A stretch of 64,000 bases of DNA from the human T2T-CHM13v2.0 reference genome, Homo sapiens: NCBI RefSeq assembly GCF_009914755.1, contig NC_060930.1; one strand, 5' to 3'. The translations under genes were made by a program, and so were the position numbers. This document shows, one piece after another, positions 37,520-52,200 of the stretch; within the stretch, counting starts at the first letter, position 1; every line of letters starts with the position of its first letter. The notes beneath the pieces were generated by a model. It saw only the letters and a program-made list of their open reading frames with translations. It was not told the DNA's origin and made no database searches.

Positions 37520-38792
37520 GAGCATCCTGGAGGACTCACTACTAGGGTGTCTTGTAGGCTAATGGAACAAATTCAAATTTCATTAGAACAAAACAAAACA
37601 AGACCAAAAAAACCTCATTTTCTACTGTGACACTGTTTATGTCCAATACAAATTAGAAAACCAACACATTTGGCCTAAAAATGATACTTTATGTTATAAT
37701 AATATTTTATAATTGAATTTATTCTGTAAAAAAATAGAAAAGAAAAATAGAAAAAGGTCCCTTAGACATGGGCTCTTATGACCCTTTACTGGCTCATGTT
37801 ATTGCCTGGCCCCAAGAAGCCACATTTAAGATATCTCCTCCTAGATGCTCCCCCTAAAAGGCCTACACCCCCGCCATCATCTCCTCAGTCCCCCAATTCT
37901 GACAGATAACCTGCTAGTTATCTAATGAAGGATTCCACCCCGAAGTCATCAAGCACCCCTGCCCTTTATCCAACTGGCCCCAGCCTATACCTACTTCTTC
38001 CTGATAAAGTATACCTGACCAGTAGCACCAGAAATGGGGCCCCATATCAGCCTCTAAAATCAAACCTGTGTCCATTTCAGGAGATATTTAACAAAAATAA
38101 ACACATAGAGAACATGTGTCATTTTTCTATGTGTGATTTGGCTTTATAGAAGGAAAATTTGGCCAGTTTTCAAAAGATCCAAAAATGTTTATAGAGAAAT
38201 TTGTTGAATTGACCATATTCTTTCATTGAACTTCTCATGACTTGCAAGTATTGTCATCTGCTTGCTGCGCCATGGAGAAAAAGCAGAAAAAAAAAAAAGG
38301 GTGTGGTTAGGCTAGTTAATTGTGACAAGGTAGGAAAAATAAGACAAGGAAAAGATAAGAATCTCACTCTGCTTCAGGCTCATTTAGTTGAGGCACTCAG
38401 GGAATATATTAATGAAGACCCAGACTTCCCAGAAGGGCGAGCTATCCTAGGTATACATTTTATTACTCAATGTGCACCCGGTATTAGGAAGAAGCTACAG
38501 AAAGCATCAATGGGAACTTAAATCCCTATAAGCCAACTTAAATGTGGTCTTTAAAGTTTACAACAATAGCGGCAGGGCAAAATAAATGAAAAAAAAAAAT
38601 AGCCAAAAAGTGTAATCATTAATAGTTGCTTTAAATCCCCTACCACCTCAAAATGAACCAAAATTACCAAAACATTGTTATACGATTGGCAGCTGGGATG
38701 CCCAGACAAGAGTCCCCAAATTGCCAGCCCCTGAGTCAGAATCAGTGTGCTTACTATAAGCAAAAGAGCCACTGGCAATGAGAATGTCCTAA
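37520..38792 (+). pseudogene. gag: Disrupted gammaretrovirus-like gag (MA, CA/MHR, NC zinc knuckle)
   Basis: KNLIFYCDTVYVQYKLENQHIWPKNDTLCYNNIL*LNLFCK (MA); HFSMCDL...FSKDP; ORF 38237-38521 QGKDKN...LVEALREYINEDPDFPEGRAILGIHFITQCAPGIRKKLQK (CA); NQCAYYKQKSHWQ*ECP (CCHC relic); many stops and frameshifts. Confidence 0.88.
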
Positions 38793-39663
38793 CCATCCCT
38801 GGTGAGGGAGAAAAAAGGAAAAACTCCCCATCAATACAAGAGCTAACCTTCTTCTACTAGCCCAAACAAGCTGCCTTGCTCAAGTAAGTTTACTGAGGGT
38901 TTCAGGCCCTTGAGTCAATGGACAGCTTCCCACAGTGGCAGACAAGTGGCCTCCTAAACATTTTTCTTTGGTTTCTCTGCTAGTGGGTGAGCTCTCCAGT
39001 GGCTCAGAGACTCAGGTCTTGCCTTGAGCAATACAGTTTGCCCCCTGCCTTCCTTATGTAATGTTATGGGATCCCCTTCCTTGTCTCTTCCTATCTTCCA
39101 TACATATCAGGGCAGACAAAATTTGGCCAGATAGATATGTCCCAATTTTATAAATAAGTTAGATCCAGCTGTTTTGTATAGGTTGCTTTGTTTAACGTTG
39201 TTGTTTATATGTATATACAGATATTGTGATATATATTATGTCTAGCATGCTGTCAAATTGACTTATAAAAGACTGCTCATAAATTAAACAGATAAGACTA
39301 GCATAAATGTATAAATTCCAAGAGAATATTGTGTCTTCTAAAATTTAAGATTTTTACCTAAATAAATCACTTTATAGGCTTTTAAATGGTAAAAAAATGG
39401 CTTAGTCAGCTTTATGTATAGTTAAAAATCCTATAATTATGAAATAATTCTCATCTCTAGAATGCTAATGGCTGGTGGGCAGTTCAGGATTTCTTGCTTC
39501 CTAAGTTTATATAAAATATGACAAATAAATGTATTCTTTATTGGAAAAAAGAATAATTTTTGTTAATTTTAGAAATTATTAATGTGGAGGTTCAAAATAT
39601 AAGAAGCCAGTAAATGAAAAATAAATATATAAATAATTATGGATAAAATGTTTTTGAAGAAAG

Positions 39664-40211
39664 TGTCAGGCCTCTGAGCCCAAGCTAAGCCATCATATCC
39701 CCTGTGACTGGTATGTATACATCCAGATGGCCTGAAGCAACTGAAGATCCACAAAAGAAGTGAAAATAGTCAGTTCCTGCCTTAACTGATGACATTCCAC
39801 CATTCCCATCCCACCCTAACTGATCAATTGACTTTGTGACAATACACCCTCCATGCCCTTGCAATAATGTACTTTGTGATATTCCCCTGCCCTTGTGAAT
39901 GTACTTTGTATGATAACACCCTCCCCACCCTTGAGAAGGTACTTTGTAATATCCTCCCCGGCCCTTAAGAAGGTACTTTGTAATATTCTCTCCATCCTTG
40001 AAAATGTACTTTGTAAGATCCACTCCCTGCCTGCAAAAAATTGCTCCTAATTCCACTGCCTATCCCAAACCTATAAGAACTAATGATAATCCCACCACCC
40101 TTTGCTGACTCCTTTTTTGGACTCAGCCCGCCTGCACCAAGGTGAAATAAACAGCCTTGTTGCTCACACAAAGTCTGTTGGTGGACTCTCTTCACACGGA
40201 CACATGTGACA
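39664..40211 (+). mobile_element. HERV-H solo LTR (LTR7B/LTR7C type)
   Basis: TGTCAGGCCTCTGAGCCCAAGCTAAGCCATCATATCCCCTGTGAC...AATAAACAGCCTTGTTGCTCACACAAAG...TGTGACA; exact TSD GAAAG at 39659-39663 and 40212-40216. Confidence 0.95.
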
Positions 40212-41065
40212 GAAAGACTATTTAAAAATTTATATAAAAAGAATCTTATTAGTACATTTTTGTCCTAAAATAAAATGACTGTTTTTTAAAAAATATATAG
40301 AATAATTCAAAGTGTCCAAGCATATTATAAGTAGTCAGTGTAAGTTGTAATAACATTCATAAGCAGCATTTATGAAAGAAACTTTGTGTGTAATTAAGCT
40401 AGCAGTAATTTAAAATATTGTTTATAATAGACTTTCTTAAAAATGATCGACATGTTAAAATCAAATTTTCTTAAGATATTAATTGCTAAATTACCAGAAA
40501 ATTTTACTTTTCAATTCTGGTATCTCTTTTTTATAATTTCAGATTCATATATCTCTCTCCTTTAGCTTTTTTTGGTCTGCTCCTCTGACATTTTCTCTTC
40601 TGGTTCTATTATTGTGGCCTAATGCTAAAGTATTTTGTATTAAAGGTATATGGGAGCAGTGTTTTCCCTCAATATAACTTAATTGTCTGTTCTTGGTTTT
40701 TCTTAATATATAACCTTAATTTTGGCTTTCAGTTTTTGACTCTTAAAAAAGGGATTTTAGGGTTAATGAGTGCCTGCCCACCTCCATTCCCATATGGCCT
40801 AATATGTTTAATTGGATACAGGTCCTTTGGCTCTGAGTCTTTTGGCCAGTGGAAATCCCAAAGAAATCTAAAACAATCTAATTTAGGCCATGAAGAAAAC
40901 AGAGGGTTGGACACATCTGACTATATTCCCTTTAACGTTTAGGCTAGGTTCACAAGGCCCTTCAAAATATAAAAATAAAATATTGCCTCCAACCAAAAGA
41001 CTTAATCTTACTAAAACCTTTCTTAAATCCCCTGAAAATAAATTACAACTAAAATAAAGAGCTCT

Positions 41066-41149
41066 TATCAGGTATTATTAAATACCTTCACTGCTGCTAA
41101 ACTTAAGGAAATCACTAACTGGATACACTTGTCCAGGATTAAACCTGTT
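41066..41149 (+). pseudogene. pol: Integrase C-terminal (GPY/F module) relic of pol
   Basis: Translates YQVLLNTFTAAKLKEITNWIHLSRIKPV, resembling GPYxVLLTTPTAVKV...WIHxSRVK. Confidence 0.8.
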
Positions 41150-42759
41150 TCATATGAGTCCCTGAAAGCATAAGTGGAGGACACCATAACCTACACTTAT
41201 AAACTTTTAAAGACTTAAGGTTGTTATTTCACAAATGCATACATTATGTGATGCGGTAGGTGAGCATAGAAACACTATTTTTTCCTCTTTCTTCTATTTT
41301 AATTTTCTTGTTTAATTTCCTAGTAAAGTTTATATATTCTAGATTCCACATAAAGATGATACTAACACAAGCCATCTAATCCATCCCATCTTCTGACCGC
41401 AAAACAAAGACATCGTGCCATTGGACCCCTTGGGTTAGGTATCCAAAAATATTTACTCCTCCAATGCTAGGCAGGGGTTATGCCTATAAGAACAGCAAAA
41501 AGCAATAACAGAAGATGGATCACCATGTTTCTGTAGCCCCCTTAAAATTAAAAAAAAAGAATAATCTCTGAGGGGAAAGTGAGGTACAAGATGGGCATGA
41601 CTTGTTTTCTGATCACTACGCTACTTGCCAAAACAGAATCTGATCCAGACAAGAAAAGGTAAGAAACATGGCAGAAACCTACAAATGTCAACAAAAGAGA
41701 TCCCCAGCTGCCCTCATGGCTCTTTGGCATAAGACACTCCCACTAGTGCCAGGGCAGTTTACAAATGCCATGGTAATAACCCAGAAGTTACCATCCCTTT
41801 CCATGGAAATAACTGAAAACTTACGGTCCCTTTCCTAGAAAGTTCTAAATAACCCACCCCTCAATTTGCATTGACCTTCCCCTTACTTTATATGTAATTA
41901 AAAGTGGGTTTAAGTGAGTAGAATACTATTTCCAAGAGCCCATACATTGCTGACTCTGAGCACACTATGAGTTAGCCTTGCTCTACAAGGAACAATATAT
42001 TCAATACAAGATTTTTGTGTACCACCACAGGCTTGGCCTTAAATTATTTCCTGTGAGAAGCGAAGAACCTCCCTGGCTAAGCTCCAGTTTTGGGGCCCAC
42101 CTAAATGAAAGCCATTTTTAAAACCAAGATTCAGTCAACTAAACTAATAATCTGTTAGCATCACTTCCAGCTGCTCGTGTTAATATATTAAATCAAGAAT
42201 CTTGATTAAGGACACCTATATCAATAATTGTAGTTTTCCTCTATGGTGTAACATTCTTAGAATCCAACCACATACATACTCCCTAATTTCTGGCTGATAT
42301 GAATTTGCAAAATATTACAGTTTTTTTGGTTTATAAGCTATATCTTTCTAGAGAAGATCCTGCAATTTTCCTGGGTTATATTGGTGTCAAATTGCCTATG
42401 GGTTTGAGAATAATGAAAATTGGTTGGGTGGGTTATAAGGAGAACAGAATGCCCCTTGTGAAGCAACTGGCTCAGGTAAATCCATCACACTGGCTTTAAG
42501 AAGGGAAGGACTACAGGAGAGGACAGAAAAGGATAAGTCTACCGGCAAAGGGAGCTCAAAGTACTTAGAATTTCCATTTTAATCAAAATCTACCTAAAAT
42601 ACCCAATTACAATGATCAAAGTCTTGCTCATTCCATATTGTTTTAAATTCAACAAAAATAACTTGTTGTGACTGTATTCAATTTGAGATTTGATTGTGAA
42701 ATATGCACATTTAGCAAATGAATCTAATTCTAAACCATGTATTCTTTGAGGCTAACAGA

Positions 42760-42919
42760 GACTTTAAAACTATGGGTCCATGTTAAGAACGTTTTAGAAA
42801 ATTTAAAAAATGTTAAAAAGTAAAAAGAAGAAGAATATCTAATACAGACTGTATGGGGTTCTATAATCCCTGAAATATTTGCCATCTGACCATTTACAGA
42901 AAAAGTTCCCTAAACCCTG
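42760..42919 (+). mobile_element. MER58B-like hAT-Charlie fragment
   Basis: CAGACTGTATGGGG...CCTGAAATATTTGCCATCTGACCATTTACAGAAAAAGTTCCCTAAACCCTG. Confidence 0.75.
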
Positions 42920-42954
42920 TTCTAGAAGAGAAAAATTATTATTTTAAGTTTCTA

Positions 42955-43236
<282 letters not shown>

Positions 43237-43335
43237 GTTACTATAGATGGTCTGGTCTTTCACACATTTTAATGCTGACAGTGTCTAAATCTGAGTTAAA
43301 AATCTAGTAGTCCTCCTACTGCTCAGACTTTGTAG

Positions 43336-43692
<357 letters not shown>

Positions 43693-43807
43693 TAACACAT
43701 TACTGATATATCTTTGTCACCGAAAAGATTTTATCAAAGTATTTAAACTAAAAGAATTGGACTATTTCATTTCATAATCTTATACTGAGAGTCTTGATAC
43801 CAAGAAC

Positions 43808-44375
43808 TACGTCAGTCAAAATCTAGTCAGAAAATGGAAACCATTACCTGCATTTGAAATAAAAGAACTTTATATAAGAAATTGATTTCACATATAATGG
43901 AAGAACAGAGAATGTAAACACAGGATGATGAGGCATCCCAGAAATAAGCAATAGTGGGAATTCCCTAGCACCTCTAGAGCTATAAAGAAAAAGGGAAGAC
44001 ATGATGTTACCAGAGCTCAGGAGCAGATCTATCACACAGAAGCCGTGTAGAATTATGTTGGGCTTGTTTACCAGGAGCTGGGTCTATGGAGCATAGAGTT
44101 GCTTAGCAGGTGATAAACCAATGTAGGGTAAGGAGGAGGACTGTAGCTATTTTTGGAGACGCTATTCAAGGCAGGTGAATGGAAACATCCTGTCTTCTCA
44201 TTCCTTCTACCTTGCAGCCTTCTGGTATACTTGCATAGCCTAAAGCTATTTGAAAACTGAAGGCAAGGAAGCCTGGAAAATACAATGCTAGACAAAGCAT
44301 TGCATTTGCAAATGCCCTGCTAGACAAAGCAAGGCAGAGAAGTGCAGAAATTGGACATAAAACAGAAAAATAACT
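43808..44375 (-). mobile_element. Ancient eutherian LTR (LTR78/LTR85/MamGypLTR type)
   Basis: GTCAGTCAAAATCTAGTCAGAAAATGGAAACC...GAGGCATCCCAGAAATAAGCAA...GTTACCAGAGCTCAG. Confidence 0.5.
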
Positions 44376-44709
44376 GTGACATTTTTGTGTGTTCAGCAAC
44401 ATGTTAAAAGTTTAAATTAATTCTAATAATGCATCTTTTTTCATTAATGGATGTGCAATAATGTATATTTGTGGTTCATATTTATTTTCCAACTAATAGA
44501 GTATTATCTTTTTATTGACTAACTGCTCTCATTAGGACTCCCAATAAAATATTAAAATAGAAATACTATCAGTGGATATTTATCTATTACAAAGGGAAAG
44601 TTTTCAACATTTCAATAGAGGATACTTTTATTTTTGTACCCTGTATTTTTTTTTGGCTCATTAATTGCTTCATTTATATATTTAATTATTATTGTCATTG
44701 CAGTTGCTC

Positions 44710-45448
44710 TTTATAAAATCACTTTATAGAAGTATTTACATACAAAAAGGTGTACATATATAATTTATGCAACTTGGAGAATTTGGAGCTAGGTATACAC
44801 CACAAGCTATGCCATAAACATGCCCATCACTTCCAAAAGCTTCCTCCCTTTTTATTAATTTTTATTATTATTTATGTGATAAGAAGACTTACCATTAGAT
44901 CTTCTTAACAAATTTTGAAGTATATGACATGATAGTGTTAACTATAGGCACCATGATGTACAACAGATCTCTAGGACTCATTCATCTTACATAACTAAAA
45001 CTTCATACCCTTTGACCAATGCCTTCCTATTTCTCCCTCTCTCCAGCCCTGGCAACCATTATTCTACTCTCTGTTACTATAAGTTTGACTCTTTTATATT
45101 AATCATATAAGTGGGATCATGTAGTATTTGACTTTCTGTGTCTGCCTTATTTCAGTTTGCATAATGACTTTCAGGTTCATACATGTTACAAATGGCAAAA
45201 TTTCCCTCAATTTAAAAACTGAATAACATATTTATATATGTCATATAGATATACATTTATAATAATACACATACACACGCTACATTTTCATTATCTATTC
45301 ATCCATCAAAGGACATTTACATTCCTTCCATGTCTTAGTTATTGTTAATAATGCTGCAATCAACATGGAAGTGCAGGTATCTCTTTGAGATCTTGATTTC
45401 ACTTCTTTCAAATTTATACCGAGAATTGGATTACTGTACCACATGGTA
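44710..45448 (-). mobile_element. L1MA (about L1MA8/9) 3' end
   Basis: TTAACTATAGGCACCATGATGTACAACAGATCTCTAGGACT...CCCTGGCAACCATTATTCTACTCTCTG...GAAGTGCAGGTATCTCTTTGAGAT. Confidence 0.88.
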
Positions 45449-45454
45449 GAAATA

Positions 45455-46238
45455 GGCAGGGGACGATAGTAATAGAAGACTTTAATGCTTCACTCTTAAT
45501 AATAGATCATTCAAACAGAAAATTAATAACAGCAGACTTTAACAACACTGTAGAATGAGTTTACCTCACGGAAATATACAGAACATTCAACCCAACAGCA
45601 GTAGAATGCACATTCTTCTCAAGTGTACATAGAACATACTCTAGGATAGATCACATGCTTGGTCACAAAACAAGTCTTATGAATATTGAAATAATTCCAA
45701 ATATCTTTTCACACCACAATGGAATCAAACTAGAAATCAATACCCTAAAGTAAAGGGAAAATATTTACAAATAAATGCAAGTTAAACAACACAGTCTTGA
45801 ACAATCATCAGGCCAAAGAAGAAATCAAAAGGGAAATTATAAAATATCTTGAGACAAAAATGAGAACAGAACGTACCAAAACATGGGATGTAGAAAAAAC
45901 AGTACTAAGAGGGAAGTTCATACCAATAAATGCCTACATTATAAAAGAAAGATCTCAAATAAATAACCAAATTTTGCATATCAGAGAACTAGAAAAAGAA
46001 GAAAATAAGCCCAATGATAACATAAGAAAGGAAATAATAAGGATTAGAGCAGAAATAAATGAAATGTACAATATGAAAAATAGACAAAACTGAGTTTATT
46101 TGTTGAAAAGATAAAATGGACAAACCCTTACCTAGACTAAGGAAAAAAAGAGAATACTCAAATAAATAAATACAATCAGAAATTAAAAGGAGACATTACA
46201 ACTGATGCCACAGAAATAAAAGACATAATGGGGGACTA
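45455..46238 (+). mobile_element. L1M ORF2 fragment (endonuclease and linker), disrupted
   Basis: ORF 45797-46093 KEEIKREIIKYLET...WDVEKTVLRGKFIPINAYI...LEKEE...IIRIRAEINE is L1 ORF2p. Confidence 0.9.
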
Positions 46239-47929
46239 TCCTGGGTTTATTAAAAAGTAGATCTTATTTTGGATCTTCATTCCCACTTCTCCAAATTATA
46301 ACATCACACATTATTACTTTTCAGCTGACTTTCTATAAATGTGCAAAACTTGTTTCTCTTTTGCATTGCTAACTATATTTAAAGCCTCAAATGCACTTCG
46401 TATAACAATTTGCTAAATTGGTTGACTTTTTTTCAGTCTTTTTTCTCACCTATTTTCTATTCAGCTCATATTCTTGTCTAGTTGATCTTTTCTCCTTATC
46501 AAACTTGGTTTCTACGTTGCATTAGCCATGCCACATTTTTTTCCATTGAGATGCAAAATAATTTTCTTAAATGTTATTTTTTTTTCTGTCAAATGTGACA
46601 GGAACAAGTTTTGTATGGAATTTGTAGAAAATGGGCAAAAGATAATAATGTGGGATATAACAATTTCTTTCCTGTAATAAAATATTTAGAGGTGTGATCT
46701 TTTGCTAAGTCTTCCAAATATGTTCTACTTTATTCTAAAGAACATTTTATAACTACATTAGGTTTTTAATATTTATATATCCTTTATTGTACAAAATGTG
46801 ACCAAATATTTTGCTAATTGTTCGAGGATATGCATAGCTCTTGGCTAAATTCTTTGCTAACCTGGGTGCTCATGGATTCGTCTTATCATTTTTACAGCTG
46901 CTGTACACATTGTTGTGTATAACTTATGACTTCGTTCTCAGTATCTGGCAGGGTTTATTTAATGCAATGCTGCTGGAATCAACTTCTGATATTTCTAGTG
47001 TGTGATACATTGAAACTTGGCATACAAGTGACTGAACTTCAGAGCCAAGTATATATTAGTATCAGAATATAACTATCTCTTCTCACACCCACAACATGTT
47101 CATGTAGGAAACACATCTTGGGTAATACCAGTAGTAGTGCCCCAACTCTTCAACAATATATGAATGGAAAATTGGGAAAAGCCTAACTAGATTTTACTTA
47201 AGACACTGTATTATACAGCAAACCAATTTCTGGATAATTTTAAGTACAAACTTTTCACACATATACATTGCAAAGTATTTCAATAGCGCAGTAGGAATGC
47301 TCACAAAGATAGCTATCCATTTTTATTTCCAGAACGTTTACCTTGATTTTGTTTATATACCATTCTGTTAAACTCTACTACAGAGAAGGATTTTTAAAAA
47401 TTCTTAGTAAAAGTGTTAAGTAAATGTTAATTTACAAAGAACGATCTAACTGTTTTTCCACAAATTTTACAATTTTGTTCCTAAAGTTTACCCTGATTTA
47501 GTCACAAGTTCTTTGGAGAATGTTATAAACTAAAGACTTCCAGCACCATCTGGTATAGATTACTGCAGACATTACTGGTAGAGAGACAAAGGACTCTACA
47601 GGATGAAATTAAATATCATTTAATCCTGTATCAGTGCTCTGTATAAAACACAAGAATGCCGAAAGTCAGCCAGAGCAGAACAAAGCTTTAATCAATTCTC
47701 TGTTTCTTACTGAGGTTGGTTTTGCTTCAGTGGGCAGAAATCTGATTATCTCTAACAGGCTAATAGAAAAGTTTCTATAAACCGATAACAGTTACTGGCT
47801 GCATTGCTTTTCCTATTTCAGTTTCCTCACTGAAATATGACTTCTTCCCTTCTTCCACTAAAAGGCTAAAAAAGTGTTAGATTTAACTGGAAATGAGTAT
47901 CAGGATGGATATGAGCTTAGAAAATGAAA

Positions 47930-48095
47930 TTCAACATTTATTAGTTAATTCCACAGAAACTATGATTGCTTATGATATGTCAGACATTGTGATAAACATT
48001 GAGGAATCCAAAGATATTTAGAGACCTCTTTAACCTCTAGTGCTTCCCATCCAGCATGAAGACAAATGAAGAAAATACAATCCAGTGCTATGGCA
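47930..48095 (-). mobile_element. L2 fragment
   Basis: ATTGCTTATGATATGTCAGACATTGTGATAAACATTGAGGAATCCAAAGAT. Confidence 0.55.
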
Positions 48096-48956
48096 GAAAG
48101 ATGAAACAAATTTCTTCTATTTTCGCATTATTTTGATTTTAAAAAAAGACTACAACAAAAAAGTGACGTAAATGACATGGTTTTTCCAGCTTTGAAATTA
48201 CAGTCTCTCTCTTTACTTTTTCTTCTCTTTATTAAAGTTTTAGCAAACAAACATAAGAAAAATAGATTAAGTGATAATATTTTACACACCATGATAAGGC
48301 AACTGTGTCAATAATATAAGGCACTGGAATCATAAAAAATCTCTGAAGTTCAAACATACTTCATAAAATAATGAGAGGAGTTACATTTTTTAAAAATAGT
48401 AACATTTTCTTTAGGGTTTATATCTTATCTGAGGTCAATAAAATACTAGAAACATCAAACAAGAATAGAACAAGTTAAATGAAATTTAAATCACACTGTA
48501 AATATGAGAGGTGTTTTATGTTTATTTTCCCTAATTTTCCTAGCATATTTTACAAGGCATTTCTAGTATTCTTGAAAGAATAATGAATATCTTCAATAAT
48601 TATTTTGAAATCATAGAAGAGGAAGATGTATTTTATTCTGTGAATCATAAAACAAGTCTTGGAAGAAGGAACTCCCTTTTCAGAATCACATCTGTTCTAG
48701 TTCAATACGTGTTTATCCCACTTATGAAAAATCAGTCAGGGGGATGGTTTTGATTATACAGGTTATAGTTTCAAAGACCCATTCTTATTGATAAGTGTTT
48801 ATTGTATAATGCTTTTATTAAATTAGAATTTAAATTTAGATAACTCATTTGATATTGGGTTTGTGCTTACCAAATATGATGTCTTATCTAATAACATGTT
48901 AGTAAACACTTTTGTAGATTACTTAAATACAAAGTCTGTCTAATTAAAAATATACT

Positions 48957-49262
<306 letters not shown>

Positions 49263-52200
49263 TCACAAGGCAGGGCCTTTCAAAAATGGCTACATGAAGA
49301 AGTGTTTCTAATCATAGAGAATAATTTACCATTTCACAAATTACAACAACAAAATATTTAGAAATGATTTCTTGTAAGCATTTGAAAATAAGAGTTAGAA
49401 ACTTGCAAAATGTTTACTCTTGAGCAACTGCTACCTTGAATAAGAACTGTAAATTTGTGGCTTTCTTATCTGAGCCTGCTCCCTCACTCCAAAGTTTCCT
49501 ACTCCAGGCAGTGGTAATATGCAACCTCACTGGCTCAAGGTGCACATAATAGAGTTCTGAAAAGAGTTAAGTTAGAAAACATATAGGAGACTCCCAAGAA
49601 CCTGGTGCAAAAGTAGACAAAAATTAGAGGGTCTAACTTTGGGAAAAAAGTAGACCTTATCTTTGCATGTTTGCTGTGCTTTTAATGTGATTCCAAACCT
49701 GTACACAATGTGGAAAGCTTGGGGGTAGAATGTGGGGGCACATAATGAGAAATCAGGCAAACCCCCAAGCAAAATAACCTCGCAGAAGGTGAACCTCAAA
49801 ATCTGAATATAAACTCGGCTTATTCTTTGAATGACTACTAAGCTACACAGCCTCAGGGAGGACTTTCAAGGGTCCAAACTAAAGAATAACAGCTAGTAGC
49901 AGGAAAAAACTGAGCGGAAACATCAGCAGATACCCACCATGTAGGAGAAAGATTTTTCAATTTGTGTCTTGGTGAATTAAGTGGCTACTATAACAAGATT
50001 AGGGCAATAATCCTAGTAGAAACAAACGAAAAAAGGCAGATCTCAAAGTCTTTAAAATACCATTCACAATAAACAAAGGAATAGGAATGTGTGAATCACA
50101 CTCAGCAAAGCAGCAGGCATTAAAAATTAACACCAAATGGACCCAGTTGTGAGATTTAGCAGATAAAAATGTCACAGCAACTATTTAAAATTTTCTCAAG
50201 GGATTAAACTATGTATAAAAAATTAAATGTTAATTTGGTATTAACGATAAAAGAGTAAGGGAATCTCACCCGGAAATGAGAAATTATAAAAATAAAGTAA
50301 TTCAAATAATAATTTAAAAATTGAATTAACTGAAAGGAAAATGTACTATATGTTATTAAAAGAACATTTTAGATAGCATGAAAATAATCAGTACATTTTT
50401 AAATTAAATTAATAGATATTATCCAATCTGAACGAAGTGTGAAAAAAAGGTTTTTTTAAAAAAACCCATAAAGACCTTATCAAATGGAACAATATATTTG
50501 CAATTAAAGTCCCAACAGGAGCAGAATAGAAAAAGGAGCAGACAATTTTTTGAAGAAAAAATGACTAAAAACTTCTAAAATTCAGTGAAAATAACATATA
50601 ATAGCATAAATGTAAGGAAAATTGTTCTTACTTAAGTACATTATAATTCAACAGATAAAAGCCAAATCAGAAAATGTTAAATACAACTAGAGAAAATGAT
50701 ATATTATATATTACAGATAGAAACAATAACAACTAATGGCTGTTTTCTCATTAGAAATAATGAATGCCAGAACCCAGTTAAACAGTATATTCAAAGTACT
50801 ACAAAAAACTTTTAATGCAGGATTTTATAATCAATCAGGCTAACTCTTAAATCTGAATGCTTAATCAAATCATTTTATATTAAAAGCAGAAAGAATTTGT
50901 TGTTAGCAGAACTGCACTTTAAGAAACACTAAAGTAAATCAGTCTGAAGAGAAATGGTACCAGTGGGCAACCTGAATTATGCAGGAAAAAATGAAGAACA
51001 CTAGAAATAATAAAGATATGGGTAAATATAAAAGACTACAGTCATATAGCATATATGCATATAGAGATCTATGCAATATATAAAATATACATACATAGGT
51101 ATTATTTTTTCTCTTAATTTCTTTATGGCAAATAAAACTAATCAAAAGAAAATCTAACACTATTTCCTTAGTGTTTTAACACATGTAGATATACAATAAC
51201 AATGGTATAAAGGATAAGGAGGTATAAATGTAATACTGTCGTAAGTTTTCTGTTTTACCACATATAATAATATATTAAAGTAAAAACCGTAATAAATTTA
51301 ATATGAATGCTGTAATTTTTAAAGCAACTGCTAAATAATGTGAAGGTGTATAGTTGAAAGTCAGAAGTTTAAAACATTATACTAAAAATCTTAACTCAAA
51401 AGAAGATACAAAATATAGAAAAAAACCCACATTAGACAAATGGAACTGAAAAAAAGCAGACCTAAATCCAACCATATATTATTACATTAAATATAAATGG
51501 ACTAAACATTCTTATTAATAGGCAGAGATTACCATAATTGATAAGAAAGGGCCGCTTATATAATTGTCTAAAAGAGATAGACTTTAAATACAAAACACAC
51601 AGATACATATCCTATAAACCAATAAGTATCATCGAGCTGGTTGACTATATTAATAACAAATAAAATATAATTTTAGTAATATGGGAAGTATTACTAGAGA
51701 TGAAAGGGAGAGTTCATAATGATAACATCAATGCAACAAAAATAGCAATGATAAATGTATACTTGTCTACTAAAAAAATTTCCAAAATATAAAAGCAAAA
51801 ACTGACAGATTGAAAGGAAAATAGACAATGTATCAGTTATAGTTGAAGATTATAATACTTCTCACTCAGTAATTGATGGAATAAGTAGATGAAAAATCAG
51901 AAAATGTATGAACAACTTTATAAATTAACTTACTTTTACTGACATTTATAAAATACTCCACTAATAGCAGAAGAGTATACATTTTTTGCCAGTGTACATA
52001 GAACCTACATCAAAATGTTTCATGGGAAGTGCTATAAGATATTTTAATAAGTGTATAAAGAATAAAATTATACAAATCTGACAAAAATTAATTAGAAACA
52101 AATTACAAAAGTGATATCTGGACAATTGAAAATGATCGAATTTAAATAACATGTGTTTAAATGATCCAGCAGTCCAAAAGTTGCAATTATTTATAATTGA

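Noticed and set aside
38237-38521. Gag capsid ORF as a possible domesticated gene
   Set aside because: Only 94 aa, N-terminus frameshifted, MHR residues degenerate, flanking gag full of stops.
39869-40020. Regularly spaced repeats resembling a CRISPR array
   Set aside because: The intervening sequences are homologous to each other, the array lies inside a HERV-H LTR, the DNA is primate and there are no cas genes.
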